The notes: a model not told the origin generated them from the sequence alone. 64,000 nucleotides of DNA from Parcubacteria group bacterium GW2011_GWC1_36_108 (GCA_000991245.1 LBRD01000003.1:6734-70733); one strand, 5' to 3'; positions 52,301 to 61,855 are shown, numbered from the stretch's first letter. Numbers and translations are program-made.

Positions 52301-53668
52301 GTGGATATGAAAATCAATATAAAACAAAAAAAGAAATATATAAGTTTGTTTTTAATTGCAGCGCTTGGCGTTGGAATATCTTTTTTGTTTTGGCAAAATA
52401 TTAAAGCTGAAACTGATAGCATTGAAAATGAGATTACTGAGGCGCAAGAAGAAACGCAGGAAAAAATAGAGGAATTGGAAAAACGCGCGGATGTCTATCG
52501 CGAGATTATTGATATTAAAAAGAAGCAAGGCGAAACATTGAACAATCAGTTGGCTATAACTGATACTAGTATTCAACAGGTTCAAGCTCAAATAGAAGTC
52601 AGCAAACAACAAATTGATGATTATAACAGCCAAATAACACGCATTGAAGCGCAAATCAAAGAAAAGAGTGAAACAATTTTGTCACAGAAAGAAATGTTGG
52701 CAAATTTGATGCAAGCATATTATGAAGTGAATTTGGCAAGTCCAATTGTTTCATATTTAACTAGTGGTAACATCGCTTCTTTTATTGTTGAAAAAGACAG
52801 GCTTTCGCAGACTGGGGATAAAATCAAGGATTTGGTTGTTTCCGTTAAGGAAATTAGGGATGATCTTGAGGTTCAAAGCAAAGAACTTGATAAGAAAAAA
52901 GGAGAATTCGTGGTAACAAAAGAAAAATTGCAGAATCAAGGTTCTACTCTTGAGTCTGCAAAAAAACAAAAAGAAACTTTGCTAGCACAAACAAAGGGCG
53001 AAGAAGCACGCTATGCACAACTTCTTGAACGTGTTGAACAGCAAAAACAAGATTTGTTGAATATGGATCAACTCTTCTTGAGTGGAAATTTTAGTGTTGG
53101 TGGGCTTTCAGCAGATGAATATATTAAAAAAAATACGCCACCTTCATCAGTATTTGCTTCAACCAGTTGGTTTTTTTCTCAGAAAGATCCAAAATGGGCT
53201 GATGTGAATATTGGAAACTCAACTAGTGATATGAAAAACTGGGGATGCGCAGTGACTTCAGTTGCAATGGTTGCAAAATTTTATGGCGATAGTAAAATAA
53301 CCCCTGGAATATTGGCAAAAAAACCGATTTTTTCATTTGACCTTATGAAATGGCAAATGAATGAATGGTCAGATGCCAAAATAACACTTGTGGATACATA
53401 TGGGTCATCACATAGAAATTTGAGTTGGACAGCAATTGATTCACTTGTGAAAAACAAACAACCCGTAATTGTTTATATTGGAAAATCAGGTGGAAAAGGT
53501 GGTCACTATGTGGTTATTCATACGAAAGAATCTAAAACAGGGAAGTATGTTGTTCATGATCCATATTTTGGTGCTAATTTATATTTGGACACTTCTCGCG
53601 CTTTAGTTGGTGCTATGGGTACAAGCACAAGCACATATCTTGATCAAATGATTGTGTATAATGATTAG
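52301..53668 (+). CDS. Membrane-anchored coiled-coil protein with C-terminal peptidase C39-like (papain-fold) domain
   Basis: TM helix, ~250-aa coiled coil (EnvC-like), then KNWGCAVTSVAMVAKFYG ... GGHYVVIHTKES (Cys/His catalytic pair). Confidence 0.5.
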   Translation: MDMKINIKQKKKYISLFLIAALGVGISFLFWQNIKAETDSIENEITEAQEETQEKIEELEKRADVYREIIDIKKKQGETLNNQLAITDTSIQQVQAQIEVSKQQIDDYNSQITRIEAQIKEKSETILSQKEMLANLMQAYYEVNLASPIVSYLTSGNIASFIVEKDRLSQTGDKIKDLVVSVKEIRDDLEVQSKELDKKKGEFVVTKEKLQNQGSTLESAKKQKETLLAQTKGEEARYAQLLERVEQQKQDLLNMDQLFLSGNFSVGGLSADEYIKKNTPPSSVFASTSWFFSQKDPKWADVNIGNSTSDMKNWGCAVTSVAMVAKFYGDSKITPGILAKKPIFSFDLMKWQMNEWSDAKITLVDTYGSSHRNLSWTAIDSLVKNKQPVIVYIGKSGGKGGHYVVIHTKESKTGKYVVHDPYFGANLYLDTSRALVGAMGTSTSTYLDQMIVYND

Positions 53669-53809
53669 AAATGCAGCTTATTTTTTGTAGCCAAACTAAA
53701 CATATAAATTATTTTGTATTTATATGTTTTTATTTTTTATATACAAAGGGGTTGTGCGACATTAAAAAGGGCGGACCAATCTTAGTAGAGGATTGTTATT
53801 TATCGCCGC

Positions 53810-53879
53810 TGTCATTCCCGTAAAAACGGAAATCTGGAACTAGGCATCACTCTGGATCCCAGTTAAGCCGAAGATGACA
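53810..53879. mobile_element. MITE-like element, TGTCATTCC family, copy 6 (degenerate)
   Basis: tgtcattcccgtaaaaacggaaatctggaac...agccgaagatgaca. Confidence 0.55.
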
Positions 53880-54588
53880 ATGTGCGCTTAGCTCATTATT
53901 CAAATTATTTTTTGTAATTTTTCAAAAAATTTTAAAATTTATTTTTTTTAAATTTTTATAGATAATAACATTTAAATGTATGTCCGTAGTTGGTATATTA
54001 GAGATAGCAAAAAGACCTCTTATTTTGCTCTAGAAGCTTTGTATTTGATTAATCTATATACAGACACTAGAAGTAATAAAATATACAATCCTGGGGCAAA
54101 AACAGCTAAAATACACCCCAAAAAGAGCTTAAAATGACCTCCAAATTATGGCTTAAACAAGCCATAAAACGACGCTCAAAATTGACCTGTAAGGCCCCTT
54201 TGGGTAAAAAGTGGTATACGTATACCTCCTAATATGGCTTATCTTAGGCATTATTTCACGATTATGTTAAAAATGAGATATTATTTAAGAAATCTCAAAA
54301 AAGGAATATGATTATTGAAATTATCAGATATGGTTTTGGAGAGTATTTGATTGGTTGAGCAGAGTAATAGCATCAGTAGATTGATAGTAGGGTTAAATAT
54401 GAATACAAAAGATATTATTGGATAGTTGGTGGTATATGACTAACTGATGTTCTATTTGTATTATATGTCGTAAAAGATATAATGTGCGACATTGTATATA
54501 TTTATAAATAAGGTGTCTTCTACCCTATTTATATATCAAAATGTAGAGATGTGTGCAGATTGAAGTAATTAATTTTTGAATTTAAAAA

Positions 54589-55002
54589 CTAAAAAGTCAT
54601 TCTGAATGTGTCCGTGTTATGCTTAACGAAACCAACTGATTCGTATAACTTCTGCGCAGCAACTCGCATCGGATTACTTGTAAGATTTATTTGTTTTATT
54701 TTCCGCTGCTTTGCAATTTCAATTAATCCTAGGACTAATGCTCGTCCAAGACCTCTTCCTTGGTTATTATCGCCAATAACAATATCTTCAAGTCTAGCCA
54801 CCTCCCCTTTCGTTGGAACTTTGTGAATTATCAGGGACCCAAAGCCGATCAATTCATCTCCTTCTTCAAAAACCAAACAGACAGCATTTGCATCAGCAAC
54901 TAATGACGCATCATCAATAAGGATTTCTTTGCCGGTTAAAATCTTAAACAGTGGTTTTAATTTTTCCGCATCCCCTACTTTTAATTCTCTTAAATTTGGC
55001 AT
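54589..55002 (-). CDS. GNAT family N-acetyltransferase
   Basis: IGDNNQGRGLGRALVLGLIEIAKQ (motif A Q/RxxGxG/A). Confidence 0.8.
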   Translation of the reverse strand: MPNLRELKVGDAEKLKPLFKILTGKEILIDDASLVADANAVCLVFEEGDELIGFGSLIIHKVPTKGEVARLEDIVIGDNNQGRGLGRALVLGLIEIAKQRKIKQINLTSNPMRVAAQKLYESVGFVKHNTDTFRMTF

Positions 55003-55149
55003 AGGATTATTTTTTATTATCTAGTGAAACGAGCGAAATGATTCGTCAGCAGACGAGTATTTCCGAGTGAGCGACGATACCAAAAGGTTTAATACCTTCC
55101 CCGACTTTGTCGGGGTAAGCCCAAAGGGTCCAGGGCTTGCCCTGGGGTG

Positions 55150-55539
55150 TTAATACCTTTTATTTTTATAATTTTTAATAGCAGCGTGAAGCGCATCAGC
55201 AGCTAGGTTTGAACAGTGCATTTTTGCTGTTGGAAGTCCTCCTAGTTCTTCTGCCACACTCTTGTTGGTTATTTCCAAGGCTTGCTTGATGGTTTTCCCT
55301 TTTGCCAAATCAGTGGTCATTGATGATGTTGAAATGGCTGCACCACAACCCAGTGTTTCAAATTTCACATCTTTGATTATTTCTTGACCTTGTTTATCCT
55401 TGGAAACCTTGATGTATAGGCGCATAATGTCGCCACACTTTGGATTGCCAACAGTGCCAACACCGTCTGCATTTTTAATTTTCCCCTGATTATGGGGTTT
55501 GGTAAAGTGTTCTAAAACTTTTTTTGAATATTTTTGCAT
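55150..55539 (-). CDS. iscU: Fe-S cluster assembly scaffold (IscU/NifU N-terminal domain)
   Basis: GNPKCGDIMRL, LGCGAAISTS, KMHCSNLAADAL: the three conserved Cys of U-type scaffolds. Confidence 0.85.
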   Translation of the reverse strand: MQKYSKKVLEHFTKPHNQGKIKNADGVGTVGNPKCGDIMRLYIKVSKDKQGQEIIKDVKFETLGCGAAISTSSMTTDLAKGKTIKQALEITNKSVAEELGGLPTAKMHCSNLAADALHAAIKNYKNKRY

Positions 55540-55705
55540 ATAAATTTCTAATTTTTATAATTACCAAAATAATAAGTAAATTAATTGTGGTGAGAATATT
55601 TTTTATTTTTTCACTTAAAACAAGTCTCATTGGCTGTTAATTTCAAAAGTTGCAATTGTTTTTCTGTGACAAAAATAAAAATATATTCGAACCACAAACT
55701 CAATA

Positions 55706-56926
55706 CTATTGGAAGTCTGCGAGGACGTTGCCGGAAATTTTTCGCAGGCGTTTTACAACTTCTTTTATTTTTTCAATGACAGTGTCTAGTTCTTTTTTGG
55801 TGGTATGTTTTCCTAAGGTTAGTCTGAGACTGCCGTGAGCTTGCTCGTGCTTAAGTCCCAAAGAAAGCAAAACGTGCGATGGATCAAGTGCTCCAGATGA
55901 GCAAGCAGAGCCCGTAGAAGCCGCGATGCCGTCTAAATCAAGTGAGAGTATTAATCCCTCTCCTTCAACATCATCAAAACGAAAATTGGCATTATTTGGA
56001 GATCTTTTTTCTAATGAGCCATTAAGATATGATTTAGGGATTTCTTTTAGTACACGTTTGATAAGATAATCTCGCAGCTTGGTTATTTCAATAATATTTT
56101 TTTGCGCGGCTGGAGTTTTGATCATATTAATTGCTTCTCCAAGACCAACTATTGCTGGAACGTTGTGCGTTCCTGCGCGCAGCCTGAATTCTTGATCGCC
56201 GCCATCTTGCACACGTTTAATCAAAGTGCCTTTTCTAACATACAAAAGTCCAATCCCCTTTGGACCATATATTTTGTGCGCCGACATTGAAAGCAAATCA
56301 ACTCCAAGTTCATTCACATCACAATCAAAATAGTTTATAGCTTGAGTGGCGTCAGTATGAAATGAGATGCGCGGCAGCTTGTTTTCTGCTCGCTCAACAT
56401 TTATTTTTTTTAGCAACTTCCCTATTTCAGCAATCGGCTGAACTGTGCCAATTTCATTATTAACGTACATCACGGAAATTAAAATCGTGTTAGGTTTGAT
56501 GGCTGCTTTGATATCTTTAACTGCGATTAAGCCTTCTTTATTGGGCGCAACGAATGTCACATCAGCAAGTCCATCTTTTTCGGCAAATTTGCAAGCATCT
56601 AAAACGCAATGATGTTCAAATTTGCTGGTAATGATATGTGGTTTTTCTCCTGCTTTTCTGGCAATGGAATAATATGAACGCAAACCTCCCTTTACAACAA
56701 GATTATTACTCTCCGTGGCTCCAGAGGTAAAAATTATTTCAGAAGCATTAGCGCGGAAAAAAAGTGCAGCTTTAGCTCTGGCATCATCAACTGCTTCTAA
56801 GGCTTCTTGACCAAAACTATGCACACTCATTGCATTACCAAAATTCTGCGAAAAATATGGCAACATTTTTTCAAACACTTTAGCATCAACTGGAGTTGTG
56901 GCTGCGTAATCTAAATATATTTTCAT
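55706..56926 (-). CDS. Cysteine desulfurase (NifS/IscS class, PLP-dependent)
   Basis: SAHKIYGPKGIGLLYV (PLP-Lys), SGATESNNL, C-terminal SACSSGA (active-site Cys). 406 aa. Confidence 0.9.
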   Translation of the reverse strand: MKIYLDYAATTPVDAKVFEKMLPYFSQNFGNAMSVHSFGQEALEAVDDARAKAALFFRANASEIIFTSGATESNNLVVKGGLRSYYSIARKAGEKPHIITSKFEHHCVLDACKFAEKDGLADVTFVAPNKEGLIAVKDIKAAIKPNTILISVMYVNNEIGTVQPIAEIGKLLKKINVERAENKLPRISFHTDATQAINYFDCDVNELGVDLLSMSAHKIYGPKGIGLLYVRKGTLIKRVQDGGDQEFRLRAGTHNVPAIVGLGEAINMIKTPAAQKNIIEITKLRDYLIKRVLKEIPKSYLNGSLEKRSPNNANFRFDDVEGEGLILSLDLDGIAASTGSACSSGALDPSHVLLSLGLKHEQAHGSLRLTLGKHTTKKELDTVIEKIKEVVKRLRKISGNVLADFQ

Positions 56927-56992
56927 AATAGGTTTTAGGTATTAGGTTTTAGTTTTTAGGTTGCTCACTCTAAATGCTAATTTCTAATTAAG

Positions 56993-57385
56993 CTAGTTTT
57001 TTATTAGGTCACTTAATTTCATCCCGTACAGTGTTTTTTTAATTTGCACTCCTAATTTATTCCAAACAACACTTGATGGACATTTATGCTCGCTGGAACA
57101 GAATTTTCCTACACAGCGCATTGGCGCAATATCTCCATCCAAAAGTTCTATGATCTCGCCAACCGGAATTTTTTTTGGGTCTTTCGATAACACATAACCA
57201 CCCTGTTTTCCTTTTGAGCTTTGTACCACTTCCCCATTTCGAAGGATTCCCATCAGTCTCTCAAGATATTTTTGAGAAATATTTTCTTGACTGGCAATCT
57301 CGCCTATTGTTTTTTGGGCTGGATAACATTGAGCCAGGTTAGTCATAGCCTTAAGTCCATATTCTGCTTTAGTGGAGAATCTCAT
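56993..57385 (-). CDS. Rrf2-family transcriptional regulator (IscR-like)
   Basis: Start at MRFSTKAEYGLKAM. wHTH region followed by Cys cluster CVGKFCSSEHKC. Heads the iscR-cysteine desulfurase-iscU operon. Confidence 0.85.
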   Translation of the reverse strand: MRFSTKAEYGLKAMTNLAQCYPAQKTIGEIASQENISQKYLERLMGILRNGEVVQSSKGKQGGYVLSKDPKKIPVGEIIELLDGDIAPMRCVGKFCSSEHKCPSSVVWNKLGVQIKKTLYGMKLSDLIKN

Positions 57386-57461
57386 ATTTTTATTAATGTC
57401 TACTAAATTAGTATACATTCATAATAATAGGCTTTATACAAATTGTCAAATCGTATCATTC

Positions 57462-57489
57462 TTGCTTAAAAGTTAACATTTAGTATAAT
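57462..57489 (+). promoter_or_regulatory. Sigma70-like promoter TTGCTT-16-TATAAT
   Basis: Upstream of the small zinc-ribbon ORF, read directly from sequence. Confidence 0.45.
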
Positions 57490-57538
57490 TACAGTAGAAA
57501 AATATCATCATAGTACCTTAGTAAGAAGGAGGAGATGT

Positions 57539-57745
57539 ATGGAAAAAATTTTATTGTGTCCAGATTGTCTGGACAATGATGAAAGAAAAATCATAGGGTG
57601 TGAGGATAGTGGAAGAAAAAAAGAGTGTCTTTGGTGTAGCGCTAAAGACAAGGCAAATTGTCCCCAGCACAAGACACCCCTTATTTTCTTTGCTAATCCA
57701 GGTTTGCGATGTGATCCTTGTGATGAAATAAGGAATATTTGGTAA
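57539..57745 (+). CDS. Small Cys-rich (zinc-ribbon-like) protein
   Basis: 68 aa with CPDC, C-x8-C, CLWC, CPQH, CDPC pairs. SD GGAGGAG 7 nt upstream. Confidence 0.5.
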   Translation: MEKILLCPDCLDNDERKIIGCEDSGRKKECLWCSAKDKANCPQHKTPLIFFANPGLRCDPCDEIRNIW

Positions 57746-57748
57746 AAA

Positions 57749-57776
57749 GGCTGTGCAGCGACACAGCCTTTTTTTC
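57749..57776 (+). terminator. Rho-independent terminator
   Basis: ggctgtgcagcgacacagcctttttttc (9-bp stem plus T7). Confidence 0.7.
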
Positions 57777-57861
57777 TTGCTCAAAAACTCTTATTTGTTA
57801 TAATAAATTAAGTTATCATATCACCTAAAACCTAGCACCTAATCACCTAAAACCTATTCTT

Positions 57862-58992
57862 ATGCGTTTATCATATTCAGCACTCGATAGTTTTCAAAAT
57901 TGTAGTTTGAAATATAAATTTCAAAATATCGACAAAATTAAAGAACCCAAAAGCAAAGAAGCTGTTTTTGGAACGCTTGTTCATGGCACGATGAAATTTA
58001 TTCATAATCCTTCTTTACTACCCCCGAAATTGGAAGATGCTTTGGATTATTTTTCCAAAAATTGGAACAGTGATGTTTTTGAAGATGAACTTGAAGAACG
58101 CAGCGCTTTTTCAATGGGTGTGGCGATGATTCAACAATATTATAAAAATAATATTGTTTCTGAATATAATATTGTTGATTTGGAAAGCAGGTTTGCTATT
58201 GAAATAATAGATCCTAAAAATGGAGCTAACCATACTATTTCCGGTATTATTGACCGTATTGATAAAACAGAAGATGGCTATGAAATTATTGATTATAAGA
58301 CAACCAAAAAAATGCCTTCGCAAGACAAGGTGGATAATGATTTGCAGCTATCAGTTTACTTGAACGCATTTTTGGCTCGCTACCCAAAAGAAGCTGCAAA
58401 TCTGGATAAGATTACCGTTAGCCTTTATTATCTCAAGCACGGCGTAAAATTGAGCTCACAGCGTTCACTTGAACAACTTAAAAATGCAAACCAACTTTTC
58501 CTAGATGTTATTGCGGAAATTGAAAAAGGAATTTTCGTGCCTAATGTTACTCCACTTTGCGATTGGTGTGGTTTTCAAAAGATTTGTCCGATGTGGAAGC
58601 ATAAATTTAAGGAGGAGAGAAAAATTGATAGTGAAGAAATTAATGCTGCCATTGGTGATTATATCAATCTTAAATCAGCTATTGCTTCTACCAAAACTCA
58701 GTTTGCTGAGCTGCAAGAAAAAATTACCAAATATATGGAGCAAGAAGGTGTTGAAAGAGTTTTTTCTGATGAAGGAATCATTGCTCAGACACTGCGCAAG
58801 ACCTATAAATATGATGAAAAACAACTTCGTGAAATTCTGGAGCCTCTGGATAAATGGGAGTCAGTCCTCAAGGTTGATGGCATCGCACTGAAAAATATTA
58901 TGAGTGTGCTGCCGGTCAGCACGCGGCAGGACGTTGAACGCGCCCGCGTTTTAGATAAAGAAAGCAAGAGTTTGACTATCAAGAAGAAATGA
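57862..58992 (+). CDS. PD-(D/E)XK nuclease with Cas4/AddB-type Fe-S cluster cysteines (RecB-family exonuclease)
   Basis: N-terminal SYSALDSFQNCSLKY (first Cys). IIDRIDKTEDGYEIIDYKTTKK (D...E-x-K). C-terminal CDWCGFQKICPMW (three Cys). Confidence 0.7.
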   Translation: MRLSYSALDSFQNCSLKYKFQNIDKIKEPKSKEAVFGTLVHGTMKFIHNPSLLPPKLEDALDYFSKNWNSDVFEDELEERSAFSMGVAMIQQYYKNNIVSEYNIVDLESRFAIEIIDPKNGANHTISGIIDRIDKTEDGYEIIDYKTTKKMPSQDKVDNDLQLSVYLNAFLARYPKEAANLDKITVSLYYLKHGVKLSSQRSLEQLKNANQLFLDVIAEIEKGIFVPNVTPLCDWCGFQKICPMWKHKFKEERKIDSEEINAAIGDYINLKSAIASTKTQFAELQEKITKYMEQEGVERVFSDEGIIAQTLRKTYKYDEKQLREILEPLDKWESVLKVDGIALKNIMSVLPVSTRQDVERARVLDKESKSLTIKKK

Positions 58993-59042
58993 TTTAAGCT
59001 GTATAATCTTCTTTAAAAACTAAATCCAAGGAGGTATTGCAA

Positions 59043-59199
59043 ATGGAAACTGATCCTGTTGTTTGTGAGTATAATTCTAATGACGAAGTTCTAAAAGAAC
59101 TAGTAAGTATTTTCAAAGAAGATCTTTACAATAGTGGTTATATCGATAAAGAAGGAAATATAATTGGCGTTGGATTACAAGGCGAAGACTTTACCTGAT
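59043..59199 (+). CDS. Small acidic hypothetical protein (51 aa)
   Basis: METDPVVCEYNSNDEVLKELVSIFKEDLY... Strong SD ccaaggaggt. Not in track. Confidence 0.3.
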
Positions 59200-59218
59200 C
59201 TCCAAGGAGGTGTTACCA

Positions 59219-59536
59219 ATGGAAAAACAATTCTTTAAGAAATATTTTCTGGATTATTGGTTTGGCTTTTTCGTTTGGATTGTTCTTGCGGTGCTAATTT
59301 TCCTAGTTACTCCAAGCGCAATCATGTTTTTTCTTGTTTTAGTACTTTTAACTTCCGTTTGGTTAATCCCCTATGCGGATTACGTTTCTAAAACCGCAGT
59401 GGAATCGTATATAGAACGTATACGAAGGGAAACATACCCAACAACCAAAGATATCAATGAGGACACAGATCTTATTATTTTAGGATTTGATAATGGACTA
59501 TTAAAGACCAGCAAGCTTAGCAGAAAAATAAAATAA
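59219..59536 (+). CDS. Small membrane protein (2 TM helices)
   Basis: Start at MEKQFFKKYF with SD ccaaggaggtg, nearly identical to the preceding gene's translation-initiation region. Confidence 0.45.
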   Translation: MEKQFFKKYFLDYWFGFFVWIVLAVLIFLVTPSAIMFFLVLVLLTSVWLIPYADYVSKTAVESYIERIRRETYPTTKDINEDTDLIILGFDNGLLKTSKLSRKIK

Positions 59537-59575
59537 TTGAATATATTTCAAAAAAGCCGATCAATTGATCGGCTT

Positions 59576-60286
59576 TTAAAATTTTAAATATTTTTCCCAA
59601 TATTGATACAGCGCCTTGGTGGCTTGCAAGTCCCCTACATTATATTTTGCAATGTCGAGAAATCTTTTTTCCTTGAAAAGTTGACCAACGTCATCGCTGG
59701 AAATCCCTTCTTCTTTGGGACTTTTGATGCCAAAAGCTTTGCTCCAGAGATGCAAGTTTCCTTTGCGACGAACTGCACCATAAAAAGTTAATTGATCGAG
59801 TAAATCGATATGTTTGGCATTTTGCGGCTGGCTTGAGAGATATCGATTAGCCATTAAATTTTTAGTCGGACGTATTTTATTAATAGCACTTCTGACAAAT
59901 AAAAAAGGCACATCGAATGTGCGCCCGTTAAAGCTGACAAATTCATCATACTTTTCAGCCAAGTTCCAAAATTGCGCCAGCATTTCTTTTTCGCCCAAAA
60001 CTCTGAATTTTATATTGCCATCTTCATAATCAGAAACGCCACCATCTGGCGCTTGAAAATACACTGCGCCTTTGTCCTTTTCAACATCATACACTCCAAT
60101 AGCCACAATTTGCCCCGTAAGTGGCGAAAAACAAAGCCCATTTTTCACTTCTGCCAATTCTTTTTCGTATTCTTCATCCGAAGTTGTCTCTTTCTTGATC
60201 CAACGGGTAAGCGCTTCCTGTGAAATTTCATCCAGCAAGTTAAAATCATCCCCGATTGTTTCAATATCAAATACTAATTTCCCCAT
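59576..60286 (-). CDS. Predicted 3'-5' exonuclease, RNase H-like fold (PolB-exonuclease-related, COG3298-like)
   Basis: LVFDIETIG (Exo I D-x-E), later acidic motifs (VSFNGRTFDVPFL). 236 aa. Confidence 0.5.
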   Translation of the reverse strand: MGKLVFDIETIGDDFNLLDEISQEALTRWIKKETTSDEEYEKELAEVKNGLCFSPLTGQIVAIGVYDVEKDKGAVYFQAPDGGVSDYEDGNIKFRVLGEKEMLAQFWNLAEKYDEFVSFNGRTFDVPFLFVRSAINKIRPTKNLMANRYLSSQPQNAKHIDLLDQLTFYGAVRRKGNLHLWSKAFGIKSPKEEGISSDDVGQLFKEKRFLDIAKYNVGDLQATKALYQYWEKYLKF

Positions 60287-60422
60287 ATTGTTTTTCTATA
60301 GCTTAAACATATCAATTAATACCTGCTTGCACAAGTATTGACACAAAATACATAATATGTCACAATACAGCCTTCGCACATTAACAATAAAATATAAAAT
60401 ACATACAGGAAAGGGGTACGAA

Positions 60423-61475
60423 ATGGAAGAAAATAGAATGTTTAATGATTTAATGGGTCACTTATCAGTACTTGTGTTTTTTACTGATGAGCAGCTGTGT
60501 TTCACAAAGGTTAGTCAAGCAATGGCTAATTATTTGAATACAGATATGGAAAGTATGATTGGTAAATCAATCTTTGAATGCTTTCCTGAAAAAGAGGGTG
60601 ACCAAAATTGGTTGGCGCACATTAAGAATACTGGCAAATCCATTCGCGGTAAGCTTAAAAAATTAGCTGATTCTGATGGGAATGAAAGTTATTTAACTAT
60701 GGATATAGACTCAAGATATAATGAGGAACGTAAATTCCTTGGTCTAATGGGTTTTGCCATGGATGTAACAAAAATGATGGAATATGAACAAGCGTTAACA
60801 GATCTCGTGTTAAACGAATCACATGGGATTAAGGAGCCAATCATATCAGCAACAGGTTTTCTTTCAAGAATTATTGAAGGTAAATATGGTACGATGAATG
60901 ATGAAATTTTCAATAGAGTAAAGTTGGTTCATAAGACTAACACTTTTGCTCAGTTGAAAGTTATGAGTTCATTGACTCAATTGGCTATGATCAGTCCTGG
61001 TGAAAATAATTTTTTGATACGCAAAGTTAGAACAAATATTCAGCAAAGCATATTAGGACCTATTTTATATGCTTACTCTGAAAAAATAAAAGAGAGGAAT
61101 ATTAAAGTAGTAAATAAAATTGAGAACCAAGATATTCTTATCAGAACAAATAAGGATTGGATATCTTCTATTTTTGATAATTTTGTAGATAACGAAGTAA
61201 AATATCTTGAATATGGAGGAACGGTCGTAATAGATTCATATATGGAAGATAGTAAGGTTTATTTTTGCGTATCTGATTCCGGAAAACTTCTCGACGAAGA
61301 TTTCGTTCGCAACAGATTGTTTGGAAAATTTCAGCAGGAAAATGAAGACCAAGATGGTAGCGGAATTGGTTTGTATGCTAACAGAAAAACCATTCGTCTA
61401 CTAGGTGGTGATCTTGGTTATCGTATAAACGAAAATGGCCAAAATGAATTTTATTTCTGGCTGCCAATGCAATAA
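60423..61475 (+). CDS. PAS-domain sensor histidine kinase (orphan)
   Basis: PAS region, H-box LNESHGIKEPI, HATPase_c (DNFVDNEVKY...; GSGIGLYANRKTIRLLGGDL). No response regulator within the window. Confidence 0.7.
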   Translation: MEENRMFNDLMGHLSVLVFFTDEQLCFTKVSQAMANYLNTDMESMIGKSIFECFPEKEGDQNWLAHIKNTGKSIRGKLKKLADSDGNESYLTMDIDSRYNEERKFLGLMGFAMDVTKMMEYEQALTDLVLNESHGIKEPIISATGFLSRIIEGKYGTMNDEIFNRVKLVHKTNTFAQLKVMSSLTQLAMISPGENNFLIRKVRTNIQQSILGPILYAYSEKIKERNIKVVNKIENQDILIRTNKDWISSIFDNFVDNEVKYLEYGGTVVIDSYMEDSKVYFCVSDSGKLLDEDFVRNRLFGKFQQENEDQDGSGIGLYANRKTIRLLGGDLGYRINENGQNEFYFWLPMQ

Positions 61476-61493
61476 AAGCAACAACATTAAAAA

Positions 61494-61536
61494 GAGCTCT
61501 GCGCGAGAATCATCGTGCAGAGCTCTTTAATTTTTC
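61494..61536 (+). terminator. Rho-independent terminator
   Basis: gagctctgcgcgagaatcatcgtgcagagctctttaattttt. Confidence 0.6.
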
Positions 61537-61617
61537 AAAAAAAGAAAAAAGGCAACAGAGAAATCTCTATTTGCCTTTTCGTTCGCCTTAGCATAGTTTT
61601 TTGATGAAATCTAGGGT

Positions 61618-61740
61618 GAGATCGCTCAAACCTTAAATTGCGGGTTCAATTGATGCAGGCCGTTCGAATCATGCTTACTATACTGGCTTCCACGTTCGTG
61701 GAAAATACGTTTAATCTCACCCCTATTTTTTATTTTTCCC
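61618..61740. ncRNA. Possible structured non-coding element (long-range stem tagggtgagat / atctcaccccta enclosing internal hairpins)
   Basis: Outer arms at 61612-61627 and 61715-61730. Internal ttccacgttcgtggaa hairpin. Only a low-complexity 98-aa ORF overlaps. Speculative. Confidence 0.2.
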
Positions 61741-61855
61741 CAATACTTGGGCTGGCAGTCCAGTTTCCATCATTCAGGGTGAGTAAGACAGAGTTCGCCA
61801 ACTCGATCGTCTTAAAACGATATTATAACATTACTAGAAAATATGCAAATTTAAT

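Noticed and set aside
53669-54588. tRNA/tmRNA/RNase P RNA in the 920-bp gap
   Set aside because: No cloverleaf, no GGTTCGAATCC-type T-arm, no RNase P P4 consensus found by eye. Left as unexplained non-coding DNA.
57862-60286. CRISPR-Cas locus around the Cas4-like nuclease
   Set aside because: No cas1/cas2, no repeat-spacer array anywhere in the window. The Cas4-like fold is shared with AddB/RecB repair nucleases.
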